Below, one piece after another: positions 1 through 12,489 of a DNA stretch of 64,000 nucleotides. Every line of letters starts with the position of its first letter. Position 1 is the first letter of the stretch. The position numbers and the translations under genes were made by a program. Source of the stretch: Eutreptiella sp. 'Long Island Sound 2002' (taxonomy: Eukaryota > Protista > Euglenida); the NCBI GenBank assembly GCA_964036045.1, contig OZ038378.1, positions 41,168,001 through 41,232,000 of the forward strand, read 5' to 3'. Below the pieces are notes generated by a model that saw only the letters and a program-made list of their open reading frames with translations, searched no databases and was not told where the DNA came from.

Positions 1-1986
1 GTCCGCAATACCAGACTCTAAATGCTCCACACTCCCTGACCCCTTGACATGTAGAAAATTGAACACCAGAAATCCAAAATGTTGAGTGCCATTCACCGTT
101 TCCTTCGCTTTGGTTTCACCAAAATCCATCGTCCAAAAAAGGCTCGGTTGCACTGGGTGTTCGTATTTCGGCATGGGGGGGGGGGGGGTGCAGCCTGTTG
201 TGCAGGGCGGGCTGTTTGAACGGCTGTGTGTTGGTGGTCGAGAGTAGGGACGGCAAGCCCAGCGTCCCAAGCAACGCAGATTCTATCTCAGGAGCACAAA
301 CATAGCATCCCGCAGCATGGGAACGAGACGGCAACAAGACAGAGGGGTATCAATTCCATGTGTGTATAGTACGTGCCCGGTCGTCTCGTAATTGGGGCGG
401 GTGTCGCACACTGTCTCTGCGTATGCATCCATCCGCCCATCTAAACACAGAGATCGTCCATGCGCCACTGTTTCAGAGCGGCACTTTGCCCAATGCCTCA
501 CAGATTTCGATGCCCAACACTGCTGCCCTGGGAGTTGTCGGCTGTGGGCGAGTGCGTGTGCGTGTGCATGCGTGTGTGCGTGTTGTACTGTGTGTAACAC
601 CGCGTGCCTCTGCATCTGAGGATAGCCACGCACCGCCGCAAGGGGGTGGTCAGCCTGCTCTGCACTCTGCACCAATCATTGGGACCTCGACATCATCTAC
701 AGCCCTGCGGCCATTCTATTTGTATGCCAGCATACCAAAAGGTCGCTTTCTCCGGGAGGACGAACTACTCGACGAACTGCTCATGCTGGACCACTCATTA
801 GAGGAGGAGGACACCGACGAAGAAGAGGACTCTGAACTCGAATCGTATCTTCCCCCAGTTCATCCCCAGGCCCACTTTTGGGGTTAATCCCCAGGTCATT
901 TTGGTTGAAGACCATCTGCCTTGCTCCATCTGTCAGAGAAAGGGGTCGTACAATATTTGTATGCGGCCTGACCAGGCAAATGCACTCAAGACCACCGCTT
1001 TGTTGCTCTGTTTGTTCGCTTGACGCCGCGCGCGACTTCTTTCCTGGCCAGATGGAAATTGCCTGGTCCTGTGCTGTACCGATGCTCCGAGTTTGTATGC
1101 ATTTTGCCGGTGTGCAGAGTCGCTGGGTGTCCACCCCCGTTTGTTGTCTGTCAGCGGCTGGTGGTGGGATCGGACACCGGCAGCAGTCTGTGTTTCGTTG
1201 GGTTTTGGCATGTTGCCGATGTCCTGCCTGTGCAAGGAAGGCGCCCGAGAATTGTCTCAGGGGAGGCACAAATGCACAATAGCACTAAACAACGGCACGG
1301 CCCTCAGAAGTATATACATATAGTATATATGAGAAGCAGTGGAAGGAAGAACATTGTACAGTTTTTCTGCATGTCGTGCCCTGATATTGGCCCGTGAACT
1401 ACCTGCTGACTCCCGTCCGATCCCAGTCATTTGTGGTGCATGACGTTTGTCGAGGCTGTCCCCTCTGCACAGCCCTCCGATTGTGTTGCATTGGGGCTTT
1501 CCATTCCGCAGTGCAGTGTCAGTGCCGCACTGATATTCTGAGGTCACCGCTCCAACACCTTGTAGCATGCGGTTAGGGCTGATTGGTGGATTTGGTACCC
1601 ACCCCGGACTTGATTTGTGTATGTGGTTAGGGCGACTTGGTGGATGTGATACCCCCCCCGAAGTGGGTTTGTGATAGTTCCTGGTGGTGTGAATGGCTTC
1701 TCACTTTTTTTTGGTCCTCAGGCTCTCCGCGGCCCTTGTGCAGGCATGGGCTCGTCTCAGCACAGGGATCCCCAGTGGACCGCACTTTCGTAGCCCATTG
1801 TTGTTTGCGGTGCCGAATCCGAAGGTAGAGGGGGAACGTTAGCACGCCGGACGCGCGCCGGGCATCTTTTTGGACCCGTGCCCCTCTAGTGGCCTTTTAG
1901 GGGGTGCACTAAGGGGGCGCACTTAGCACAGTGCAACTATTTGGGCGCCTGGCTGTACTAGAGACCCACACTTTGAGATACTAGGA

Positions 1987-2394
1987 GCATCATGGTGACC
2001 CCTAGCGTAGGTTTTGACTTCTGATTTTGTCTCCTTTGTTGGGGACCCCCGAGCATAGCATTTCCGCCCTCTTTTGGGCCCCAACCTTCCGGTGCTATTG
2101 AGGAAACCGGGACAATCTTTGAATCCACGCTTTGTTGCGTGGTGCATCATGGTGACCCCCGGCGTAGGTTTTGACTTCTGATTTTGTTCCCTTTGTTGGG
2201 GACCCCCGAGAATGCAGGGGTGACGTAGCATTTCCGCCCTCTTTTGGGCCCCAACCTTTCGGTGCTATTGAGGAAACCGGGACAATCTTTGAATCCACGC
2301 TTTGTTGCGTGGTGCATCATGGTGACCCCCGGCGTAGGTTTTGACTTCTGATTTTGTTCCCTTTGTTGGGGATCCCCGAGAATGCAAGGGTGAC
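1987..2394. repeat. About 2.5 tandem copies of a 170-bp unit derived from family B internal sequence, inside A1
   Basis: GCATCATGGTGACCCC starts at 1987, 2144 and 2314. Sequence from about 1900 to 2060 is homologous to about 59930-60080 and 58110-58200. Confidence 0.9.
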
Positions 2395-2949
2395 GGGACA
2401 TCAGCAGATGTTTTGATTTGGGATGGGTATGGACCTTCTCGTACCCGAGGTTATTTCTTTGATTTTGAAGTTGGGGGCCATGATGGTGCTTATAAAGGCC
2501 GGATTCATGTCATTGTGCCATTCATTGGAAGAAAGAATGGCACTTTGACAGCCCGCCAACAATGTTACAATGATGTCCATGGGTGTTACAGGGCACGCAT
2601 TGAGCAGCTGTTTGCTCGGTTGTGGCATTGGGGTTTGGTTAGGAACATCTAGCGTGGCGGCCCCAATGAGTTGCACCAGTCAGTCCGCATTTTGTTGCAT
2701 TTCACTCAGTTTTGCGTCCGGAGGCAAGTCCGTCACCCCCCCTACGGACCATGGGAGCATGTGCCGCCTCAGGTTTGGACTGACCAAAGCAACTCGGCCG
2801 CCACGCAAGATGAGGCAGAGGATGAGGCGGAAATGTGTGTTTTGTGTTGCCAAAGGCGCTCCACCGTCGCAGTTTGTGATGAGTGTAAGGAGCACTATTG
2901 TAATGAATGTATTGACACCCACACTTGTGGGACCAATGTTGTTTGTTAA
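2395..2949 (+). pseudogene. C-terminal fragment of DDE_Tnp_4-like transposase with B-box-like zinc finger
   Basis: GTSADVLIWD...HDGAY...PFIGRKNGTLTARQQCYNDVHGCYRARIEQLFARLWHW fits the D-x2-Y and R-x2-IE-x2-F catalytic motifs of DDE_Tnp_4. The TAG at 2650-2652 is TGG in copy A3. The frame continues through PYGPWEHVP and an acidic linker to C-x2-C-x9-C-x2-C-x4-C-x2-C-x3-H-x-C (2836-2928). Confidence 0.8.
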
Positions 2950-5102
2950 TTACACTACAAATGACAGTTGGAGTGGTTGAAATCACAGATCCTGCTTTAT
3001 TTTGCAACGTGCTTTGTAGGGAAGGTGTGCAGTGCAACGTGGTCTACTTGGGGGGCTTCTCCATGGGAGGGTAAATCTGGGGCTGAAGTCGGGATAGCTA
3101 ATAGAAAAGTAGCGCGCCGGGCGCGCGCCGGGCAAACATTCCCCCAGAAAGGAAAGTGATGAGCATCATCTGAGCGCGACCTCAGTCGACGACTGGCAGA
3201 TGCCAGAGATTTGAACTCGTGGCCCCACACAGAACTGTGGTAAAACGAAGCGTCATTGGCTCGTCTGAGACGTGTTTTCTGCAGGAGTTGCACGAATTTC
3301 TCCACCAACATGAAAGTGCGAGGAGGGAGGGCTGTGTGTGTGACCGAGCGATGAGAGGCCCGAAGGGCCGCCGTAACCGACGTGGTTTTCTCCATCGACG
3401 ACGCGTCAAGGCGCTGCGTCTCACAGCGGTCCTCTTCTGCTTCTCTGCAGTGGCTCACAAAGTGCAGAATGGTTCCCATCCCAAGGCAGGGCGGGCCCAC
3501 CATGAACGTGCAGCGCTTGCGTACGTTGGGGCCACCCCCGCCCTGGTCTGGTGCCCTGCTTCCATTGTGGGCCACGGAATGTGGCTGAAACCACATCCAC
3601 CCCTACCTCCTGCTGGCCCCTGTCCAAACATGTCTCATGTATTTTTCCATAGCATTCCCCCCCATCTAATGGGGACAACCTGTCCGTCCTTTGGAGCGGG
3701 AGGCGGCTGGTGGTGGACCAATGGCAGTTGATGTCTTCGTTGATTGACAGCAGGTGGTGTCCAGCCGATGGCGTTATGGCGAATGGCGGCTCAATGGCTA
3801 GCGGCTGAAATTTGACTGTTGATCGGTGCACCAGCTGCTCTCCTGGCACACACGACGGACCATGCACAGACCACACGTGCCGTCTTTTTTCGGAGATGCT
3901 CCAGCTCCACGGGCTCTTTACCATGCGCGGGTGTGGTGTCGGCTCGAAGCCCTGCAAAAAAAAGCGCTCAAAAGGGTGTGCCCTCGTCTCCGCTTGTCTC
4001 AGGGCCGGAAAAGACCGAGTAGGTCAACCACCCCCACACCCATACATTGCACACCCAAAGCCTCATCAAGGTCCTGTCCTAACAAGGCGCCCCCATGTTT
4101 CTGCTTTGCTCCTTTTGGGCATTTTTTGGAACCATCATTTTGGCGGTTCATACCAACAGGCCCCTGGAAGGGTCAATATTGGTGTCAAAGTGTTGGTGTA
4201 GTTGTAATTCCATGTGCTCTTGTATTCTGGGGTTTATGCTGGCGTGTTGGACAACCTGTTGTAGTGATGAAGAATTCTCTTTTCACTGCCGGACTGCCTG
4301 TCACATACCAGCGGTACACGAACAATGAGTTTGTGCCTGCTCAACTTTTGGGTCCCTTTACACAAGTTGAGCAGTACAGTCGCATTGTGTAGGAGTGCAA
4401 TGGTCACGAACAAGAGCATGATGCCCCCCTGGATCGTGTTACCTTCCCCCATACAGTCACCTTCACCCTCAGACCCTCAGCCCCTAAGCCAGCTCCTAAG
4501 CCAGCCCCAACAGGCAAGCATGTCCAGCTCTTCAAGATGAGGCGCAAGGTTGGCAAGGGGTTCTATTTCGTGCCTTTCAATCAGTATGCAGGCAACAGAG
4601 TGGTACCTGAGTTGTGCACATGAAGAAAACCTGCTTTGTATTGTCATGTTTTGAGGGGTAGGGTTAGCTTATGTCTGCAACATGTGTTCCGTGGTGCTGT
4701 GAAATAACATGGGTTTGTCCGAACGGCGCGACCCCGCGTTTGTGCACTTGAGTCCCTGTACCAGAACCTGGCCCGTGTTAGGACAGGGGGGATACATGTA
4801 CTGGCTTCTTGCACGTTGCACACTGTGCACTCTGCACATTGCAGCTCTCAGTGCCCCGCTATGCTCTATGGACTCTGCACATTTCACTGTCTTTGAACAA
4901 ATAGGATCACAATTGTGTTCGTGCTGCATGGGCACATCACGTGCTCCCCATTGTGCCACCATGCTATGCACCCTGTGTTTCCGCACTTTTGGATGTTTTT
5001 TGGAACCATCGTTTGCGGTTCCAACCCAAACACAGCGACCCCGTGTTTCGGCACTTTTGCCCTTTGAACCAGAAGCCGGCCCGTGTTAGGAGGGGGGGGG
5101 TT

Positions 5103-5190
5103 GAACTGGACAGCTCTGAGGTTGAATCCCGAAAAATCATCTCGAGCACCATACGGTGATCAGGCTACACCAGCTCATCTTGGCCTCCCC
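5103..5190. repeat. Dispersed ~105-bp repeat (family E), partial copy
   Basis: GAACTGGACAGCTCTGA...TCTCGAG.AC.ATAC.GTGA.CAGGCTACACCAGCTCATCTTGG matches 51367-51470, 51867-51970 and 57134-57240. Confidence 0.75.
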
Positions 5191-6096
5191 CGTCCCAAAA
5201 AGAGCAATTTCCTTCGTGCTCAAACACACCGACCACCACAGTTACGCTACACGGCACGTACCACGGAACACATGCCAATTTAATATTTTGTCTTGCAGAC
5301 GTAAGCCAACCCTACCCCTCACAACATGACAATGCAAAGCAACAGGCCAGCATACACCCCAGAACACAAGAGGCCCCGGGATGCAGCTGTCTGCAGGTGC
5401 GTTTTAGAGAAATTTTGCAAAAAATTTCGATAATTTCGATTTTTTTAAGAAGTTTCTGAACACCTTGAAAACCACACCCCTCCCACCCCGGTTATGTATA
5501 TGATGACACCCGACACCCGCGGTGCCATCTCTGCGAATGTACTTCAATGTACGACGTGTCAGCCACATCCCAAGATGGGGTTGTTGTAGCCGAAGGTACA
5601 GTGGACCATCAGTCCCAATGGGTAGGTGGCTGAGTGCCGCCGACAGCTGCAGCAGAAAAAGCAAAAGCCACATGGGCCGATTTCCGCCCCTTTCTCCTGG
5701 GCACAAACATATTCCAAGCCCATGTCCAAAGACTGGTTTGTGCTGAGGTCGCCGCGTCATCAAGGTTGCTGTGCTTAGGGATCGATCCAGGCCTGTGGTG
5801 ACCACCTGAGTTTTGATCGTGGCTCTGTCTTTGTCCTAACCCCCCCCCCCCCCCCGCCCCGGCCGCGCAAAAAACAACTGGTGACTGTGAATGACCGTGT
5901 ATGGTGGGCTGGCCTTTCTCAACCTGAACGTTGTGACTTGGGACTGTGGACAGGTGTTTCCAAGAAAAAGAAAGAAGAACGCTACTGTCAGATTGGAGAA
6001 ATCTCTGTTTGGAGAGGTGGCCCGGCGGCCCAGCCCCATCCTGCCTCTATGCTAACCCTTGTATGCACAGCGTGCAGGACCTTAATCGGCTAGTTT

Positions 6097-6683
6097 GGGA
6101 ATGCCATGCACGCAGTGCGCACACAATGCGAAGTTTTGGATGTCGGCGAGTACTCAGACCCCACTTTTGGCCCCTTTTGACAAGTTTTTGGTTACAATAC
6201 TAGGGTGTTCCTAGTATGGAACCAAAAATATTTTTGCCCATTTTCAACCATTTTTTCTCATTTTGCATCCCCCACATTGAACTCTCCCCACCATGGGGAC
6301 CCCGAGAAGGCAGGGGTGATGTGATGACCAACCACTTAGCCTTGTAAGGTACAACTATGCATGCAAGATGCACACATGTTCGAGTGGCAAATGCCACACT
6401 CGGATATATCACCAGGACAGTGGCCACACAATTGGCAACAAATACCATCATCATTTTCCTCCTCCTCAAAGGTGGCCTCCTCCTCTGCCCACACAGACTC
6501 AGGCACATGAGGCCAAGGTCCATAGGGTTGATACGGACATTGGAGCACCAATTTGAACGTAGTTTCATTTGTTATCCTGTGGGCTTTGCTGCTTCGCCGT
6601 GCTATCAGATAGGTGACAGGTAATCTTGGGTGAGTATCCCGGCATTTGCGTGCGCAATATGCACGCAGTGCAACAACTTGGCC
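6097..6683 (-). mobile_element. Family C non-autonomous TIR element, copy C1, with transposase C-terminus on the minus strand
   Basis: Ends are GGGAATGCCATGCACGCAGTGC and GCAGTGCAACAACTTGGCC, with TSD TTT/TTT. Minus ORF 6336..6551 (PYQPYGPWPHVPESVW-acidic-CQLCGHCPGDISECGICHSNMCASCMHSC) is homologous to the family A C-terminus. Confidence 0.8.
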
Positions 6684-6979
6684 TTTGTTTCTGCAAGTTT
6701 TGGAACCATTGAGTTTGGCGGTTCCTTTTCTGTGAAGAGCAAGTTTTCCCTGTGATTTGGGGCCAGGGATGGTATTTCAGGGATGCTGATTACTGTCCTG
6801 TCACTTTTTGCCCCCTTCAGCACATGACTTTGATGCACCTTACCCCCCCTCCCCCTCGCGCGTGAGCGGGAGCGCGGGAGCGTTGACTCTAACGGGACTG
6901 AGCATCTACGGTTCGAGAACGCTATTGCCCTGCTGTAGACCCACTCTTTGTTGTTGAATGTGTTTGCGGCCCCCTTGCG

Positions 6980-7300
6980 CGAGCACGGCCTTGTCTAAGC
7001 ACGGGGTGGGCGTTGAACCGCTGTTTTTAGGAATTTTTGGGACCACTGTTTTTGTGGTCCCAGATGTAACATGGGGTTTAAAGACAGTTTGCCACACATT
7101 GCCACCCGATGATGTTTGTTTTGATGTGATTCTTAGCCATTCCTGATATTTGCCTTCCACAGCCTATCACCATCTGCATCTGAGGGCCCTCCTGGATGTA
7201 GGCGGTCATGTGTGTTTGCCATCATGTGTGCCACACGCAGGCATGGTCTTGTCTAAGCACGGGGTGGGCGTTGGACCGCTGTTTTGCCTGCTTTTTGGGG
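6980..7300. repeat. Two direct copies of a ~45-bp motif
   Basis: CTTGTCTAAGCACGGGGTGGGCGTTG(A/G)ACCGCTGTTTT at about 6989 and 7249. Related TTTTGGAACCAT..TTTG(G)CGGTTC motifs occur at about 4120, 4995 and 6700. Confidence 0.7.
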
Positions 7301-10300
7301 ACCGCGGCCCTGCTTGCGCAAGGGGGGGGCGGGGTACATAGACATGGCTGTCTGGGCCTGGATGATGCGCTGCTTTTGCTGATTGTGTGTCCGCACAGTG
7401 TGCACAAACAAGGCCCTTGTCAGGACAACAGGAGGCATTGTTTCTGTCATTTTCAGTGCTTTTACCATCGTTCTCGCAAGGCGGCTGGGGAAGCTAGAAG
7501 GGGCATATATCCTGTAATATGTTGGGACCTGGGCGCATCTTGGACAATGGGGGAGCCAAACAAGTCGGGGTGTAGTCATGCACAGTGCGCAGAGGAGGAA
7601 TAGGGAGGCTACCTGATTGAGCCCATGCCCAGTGCTTGCGCTGTGCCGTGGCATCCCCACACCGCCACATCACTGCAGGTCCCTTCACGCAAGTATGGGA
7701 ATCAACACCCAAAATGTATGTACGAATCGATCCACGGAAGGGGGGGGTGAGCATTCGGCATTGGCATGGCACACTGGGCTCTGATGGGCCTTTCTGGCGA
7801 GCCTGTGCTTGTGTGTGCACATGACAGCTGTGGACCCTGCAGGCAGTGCACACCCTTCCAGGTTATGTGTGTGCGCGTGTGCGGACTGTCTATGTGTTTG
7901 AACAGTCCCTTTGTGTGGGGGCCAGTGCTCCAGGCCCACGTCGCCATGCCTCCCCCACCAAAGCACGGACTCAGATCAAAACTGTTGCGGCATCTCAGAA
8001 ATCCCTGCCAGTGACCGTTTCTCAGCCCCGGTTGGGCCTGCATAGGGACGTTGTTGTGGTGCTGTAAGTCTTAGTTCTATCTTGATGTTTGGTGCCTTGC
8101 ACCACATCATCTGCCCCCCTGCATCCCCCCGCTCAATCACTACAGAAAACGGAGGATTGACTGTATCCTGATTCCCACCTCTTTCCAACCCCTCATCACT
8201 GAATGCTATGAATGTTTTCTCTCGCAAGCTGTGATCACAAAGCAGTCCTACTCAGTCTGCGCACCAGCACTGGTGGCGACCGCTGGCGCAAACGGTGCCC
8301 GACATCCTTTCTCACATGTGCGGACACAATTTCGAGTATAAGTGGTAAACTCAGTGACATTCCGACCACGGGCTTTGCACGCTGGGCTGACGCTATGTCC
8401 CACATCCGATCAGAGGCTTTCATCTATTAAAGGAATCATAAAAACACAGGCTCATCTGCGCTTCAGGCGCTGCTACGTGAGTCCTCCACTCACACATTGG
8501 CCCCTGGGGCAAAAGAGTTCTTGGCCTCCAAAGGACACGCCACCACTGACCCGGTGGTAGCTTATCGCATACTGGCAGCGCTAGCAGCACGGGAGGACTC
8601 AGATCGCACGGGCCAGTTGGTTCTGGACAAGCTCAAGGCAGTGATTGCGGACCCGCGCCTCCCAACCTTGATGTGTCAAACATGAGGTCTGGAGGCTCAT
8701 TCGCCAGCTACAATTTAAAAGGAAGCTCCACACTTTGCGCACGAAACAGGGATTAGTCTTGCCGGATGTAGATTTCATTGCCCAAGAAATACACCTTTTT
8801 TTGGTTAGGCACCCTCACCTCCAGGGGACTTCCGTCCCCACAAGTAAAGCCCTTTTTCCACGGCAAGCCCCTGGCTGACATGGCTAAGCTGCTCATTAAG
8901 CCCTGTCACCAAACCTAGTACATGCGGCCCTGGAGTCCCTCAACTCCACCTCGTCCCTGGGAATAGATGGCTTCACAGGGGCCATCTACAAAGCTTTTGC
9001 TTTGCTTGCCTTTGCATTTCCTTCCCCTAATGCATGACATCTTCAAAGGTCTGCTTACCACCCCTCGGGTCCCAGACTCCACGGGCCTAGTGCTTTTGAA
9101 CCCCATCCCCAAAGCCCTGGGACTGGCCGGGGTGGAGGACCTTCGGGTGTGAGACATGGTTGCCCATTGTCTCCTTCCATTTTTGCGATGCTTATCTCCC
9201 CCGTGACGCATAAGCTGACCTCTATTTCTACGCACATCCAGGAACCCCTCTATGCAGATGATCTGCTTGGTTGTCGACACAGGGGTCCCAGACCAAGCGG
9301 TGTACCTTTTTCTTATCGCTTGGGCAGACATACGGCCATTCTCTAAATTCTCGTGATTAGATGTCAATTGCAAAAACCAGCGATCTTACCCAAAAGGTCT
9401 TTGGGCGGAAGCTCACAAAGTCCACCTCCTTGCCACGCACTCCCCATTCGGACTTCTTACGAATACCTAGGAATTGAGTTCATATCCGCACCGCGGATGA
9501 ATCCTACTCTCGCGCCTTACAAAAAGCCATGGGACGAGCTTTTATACCTGGGCACACTCCCTGCTGGAGAGAGTCCAGGTGCTAAAACTCTGGATCCCCC
9601 CCCCTACGGGTGTAGTCGGGCTGAAAGTGTTGATGGCGGGGGCATTCGGTCAATCAACACCGACCCTTGATCCCAGTAGTATTTTTTTGCTAGGTGACCC
9701 GTCAGCAATCTGGAGCTCTAGAGACAGCTTCTGCAGCAATTGGACACATCACACAGGGTGGCGGAGTGGATCGAAGCCCCCTCTCAAATAGGCATACAAG
9801 GTAATGAAGTACCCGGCTCGCATCGTCTTCCCGGGCACCGGGTTAGTCAATTCACCTAAAACAATTTACCATGTCGCGCTCAAACTGATTTCTTGCAGGG
9901 TTACAACGGATATCCTCTCCCACACCTGTGATAAAGGCGGATACAGACTCGCCCCGCTAGAGGCATTCCTCTATTGGCAGCACTCGACCGCCTTTGTGAA
10001 CCATGTTAACAGCCCACTCCATGTGCCTAAAATATTGAGCCACAGCTTCCAGCTCTTTGCCAAGGAACTCGGCTTGTGTGTCAATTCTACCACTCCGCAT
10101 ACATTTCAAATGGGCTCCGATGTTATTTGGAATAAAATGTTGTTTCTGGGCTGGTCTACGCGGGCCTTTTCTTTGGTTAAACAGTGCTTGTGCTTCGCGG
10201 AACCAGATCTCCTAGCCTATCACACCGTGATTTGGCACTCAACATTTTTTCGCAATCAACACAACCAAAGCTATCTTGCCCCTCGGCTAATTAAAATGGG

Positions 10301-10401
10301 CGTCCTCAGAGCTACCACCCTTACAAAAAGATTTCATTCATCAAGCACCCTCGGCCCGCCTCCCAGTTGGACAGCGCCGGTAGGCATGGAAATTATCTTC
10401 A

Positions 10402-11358
10402 GGGGAAGTTCTTGCACTACGTGCATACTACGCACACAGAGGCTGGGATGCTCACCCAAGTAATAGGGGGAACGTTAGCGCGCCGGGCATCTTTTGTGAC
10501 CCGTGCCCTACCGCTGGACTGTTGCTGGTGATATGTTGGGCAACATTATATGGATTTGCCCCTTAGCCCCCGGGACATCAGCAGATGTTTTGATTTGGGA
10601 TGGGTATGGACCTTCTCGTACCCGAGGTGATTTCTTTGATTTTGAAGTTGGGGGCCATGATGGTGCTTATAAAGGCCGGATTCATGTCATTTTGCCTCTC
10701 ATTGGAAGAAAGAATTGCACTTTGACAGCCCGCCAACAATGTTACAATGATGTGCACGGGTGGTATAGGGCACGCATTGAGCAGCTGTTTGCTCGGTTGT
10801 GGCACGCAAGATGAGGCAGAGGATGAGGTAGAAATGTGTGTGTTGTGTTGCCAGAAGCGCTCCACGGTCGCGGTTTGTGATGAGTGTAAGGAGCACTATT
10901 GTACTGAATGTATTGACACCCACACTTGTGGCACCAATGTTGTTTGTTAAGTACAATACAGATGATAGTTGGAGTTGTTGAATTCACAGATATTGCTTTA
11001 TTATGCAACGTGCTTTGTAGGGAAGGTGTGCAGTGCAACGTGGTCTACTTGGAGGGCTTCTCCATAAGAGGGTAAATCTAGGGCTGAAGTCGGGATAGCT
11101 AATAGAAAAGTAGCGCGCCGGGCGCGCGCCGGGCAAACATTCCCCCATACGGTTTGTGTTGACCATATTATTTCCTTCGAATCTATTTCAGAACAATGAA
11201 CAATCCAAGAACTTTTGATTGTTTACGGAAGAAGTTTTCCTTTATAAGAAACCAAGGGCACAGAATCAATGTTTTACCACCAAAACGTAGCTAGGGTGTG
11301 AGTAATTGCCGACATCCAAACATTTGCGCTGCGTGCGCACTGCGTGCACGGCATTCCC
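10402..11358. mobile_element. Family C element copy C2 (inverted relative to C1 and C3), host of A2
   Basis: Left end GGGGAAGTTCTTGCACTACGTGCA is the reverse complement of the C1/C3 right end. Right end is GCACTGCGTGCACGGCATTCCC. TSD TCA/TAA has one mismatch. Confidence 0.75.
10466..11146 (+). mobile_element. Family A element copy A2 (681 bp) with internally deleted transposase fragment
   Basis: Same TIRs as A1, with perfect TSD ATA (10463-10465 and 11147-11149). Encodes GNIIWICPLAPGTSADVLIWD...HDGAY...YRARIEQLF plus the B-box-like tail (10747..10950). Confidence 0.9.
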
Positions 11359-11905
11359 TAAGTTTGGTGCCCAATCGACAATGGGCTCGAGAAGGTCTCC
11401 CAAACTTTGCATCAGTGCCACTTTCTCTCTTGCGCCTTTGAAGTCAACGACGTAGCTTTTCGCTCAAAGGGGTCCCTGCCTTTTTCCAACGAGAAAATAC
11501 TTTAGAATGAAGTTGTTGATTCACTGGCGACACCAGCGGTTATCTTGGGATGATCCGTAGTATACACCAATTGGACACTAAGATGCGCCAAAAAACACAA
11601 CCAGTTTTTCACAGTCATGCTGGAGTCCTTCTGCCGTAAATGGAGAGGCAACCTCAATGTATGGAAAACGTGCCCAAGCTTGCTCCCCATTCCCAGTGAA
11701 GTCGTGATGTGGTTTTTTTTTCGGAATTTTAGGATCTCTCGCATCGGGAACCCCCCCCCCCCTACCGGGTTTCGAAAACGTCCCACCAACACCTGCCCCA
11801 AGCAAAAGACAAATCAAAGCCAATGCTCGTCAACCACGCGAATTGTAGAGGGCGGAAGAACTGCAAGAAGTGCTGTCCAGTCCCACACAGCATTATCTGC
11901 CTCTC

Positions 11906-12320
11906 GTTTTCACGGACGGGTACTAAGTAGGGGAAGAGGGGAGGGGCATGCTAGCAAGATATGGCATTTACCGCGATGCATGTGTTAGCATTCTAGCCTT
12001 TGTACCGGTTGAATATCGACAAACACATAACACAGCAAAATTGCTCGCCGTCTATCGCGTTGTTGAGATCTTCACGACGGGAGAGGTAGCAATTTGCACG
12101 GAGTCACAATATGTCATCCTAGGACCCTCAAAGGCAGCCGTGCACTGCAAAATCCGGGGTGAGGGAGGCTCGTCTGGCCCCGTCTCCAATGTACCACCTT
12201 GGGAACCGGTGCTTGCCGAGTTGGGAAGGCCCGGACGTGCGGTAAACGTGGTTAGAGTCCTCTCCCATGTCACGGTAGAAGGTTACAATGAAGGAGACCG
12301 CGTGGCGGAACAAGGCAGGC
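11906..12320 (+). pseudogene. RNase H1 domain remnant (cellular type), probably from a retroelement
   Basis: VFTDG (11906-11920), then after a frameshift RYGIY...QTHNTAKLLAV...VAICTESQYVI...PVSNVPPW...VLSHV...GYNEGDRVA. All RNase HI motifs are in order, though several catalytic residues are decayed. Confidence 0.85.
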
Positions 12321-12489
12321 ATATGCACCCACGCTACCCTCGGCCGCACACCCCCCTTTCCAATTGTATCCACGGTCAGCGCCTAAGGGCCCCAAACACC
12401 GGAGGATTTCTTCACCCGACTTCTCACCGCTCCCGCCGACAACTACTTTTCTCACTAGATGCACCACACATACAACTGGCCTTGTCAGA

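Larger units (their letters stand above)
1830..3145 (+). mobile_element. Family A non-autonomous TIR element (PIF/Harbinger-ISL2EU-like), copy A1
   Basis: Left end GGGGGAACGTTAGC (1830) and right end GCAAACATTCCCCC (ends 3145) form an imperfect 14-bp TIR. Perfect 3-bp TSD AGA at 1827-1829 and 3146-3148. Same ends recur at 10466-11146 and 54736-55887. Confidence 0.88.
1627..3596 (-). pseudogene. Unidentified ORF split by the A1 insertion
   Basis: Removing 1830-3145 plus one TSD joins ORF 2997..3596 to ORF 1627..1845 in frame (...DDAHHFPF|YLRIRHRKQQW...). No domain recognised. Confidence 0.4.
8100..11700 (+). mobile_element. Decayed L1/Tx1-like LINE (APE - RT - C-terminal zinc finger), interrupted by C2 and A2
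   Basis: APE end RRIDCILIP...SCDHKAVLL (about 8150-8260). RT motifs RHGCPLSPSIF and LYADD (9149-9270), YEYLG, and DKGGYRLAPL. After excising 10402-11361 the frame reads AWKLSSVW|CPIDNGLEKVSQTLHQCHFLSCAF, an L1-type C-terminal finger. Confidence 0.85.

Noticed and set aside
360-887. Host gene with acidic tract (DELLDELL...EEEDTDEEED)
   Set aside because: No recognisable domain, and downstream frames are broken by stops. More likely a decayed TE ORF.
1394-1600. KDZ/Zisupton-like transposase motifs (VVHDVC...IGAFH) and Cys-rich frames, also suspected in family E (50.5-51.2 kb and 56.5-56.8 kb)
   Set aside because: Only short, degenerate resemblances across stops. The diagnostic H-x3-H/C and GE...E motifs could not be placed in one frame.
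1987-2394. CRISPR-like array
   Set aside because: The whole 170-bp units repeat with no unique spacers, there are no cas genes, and the context is eukaryotic.
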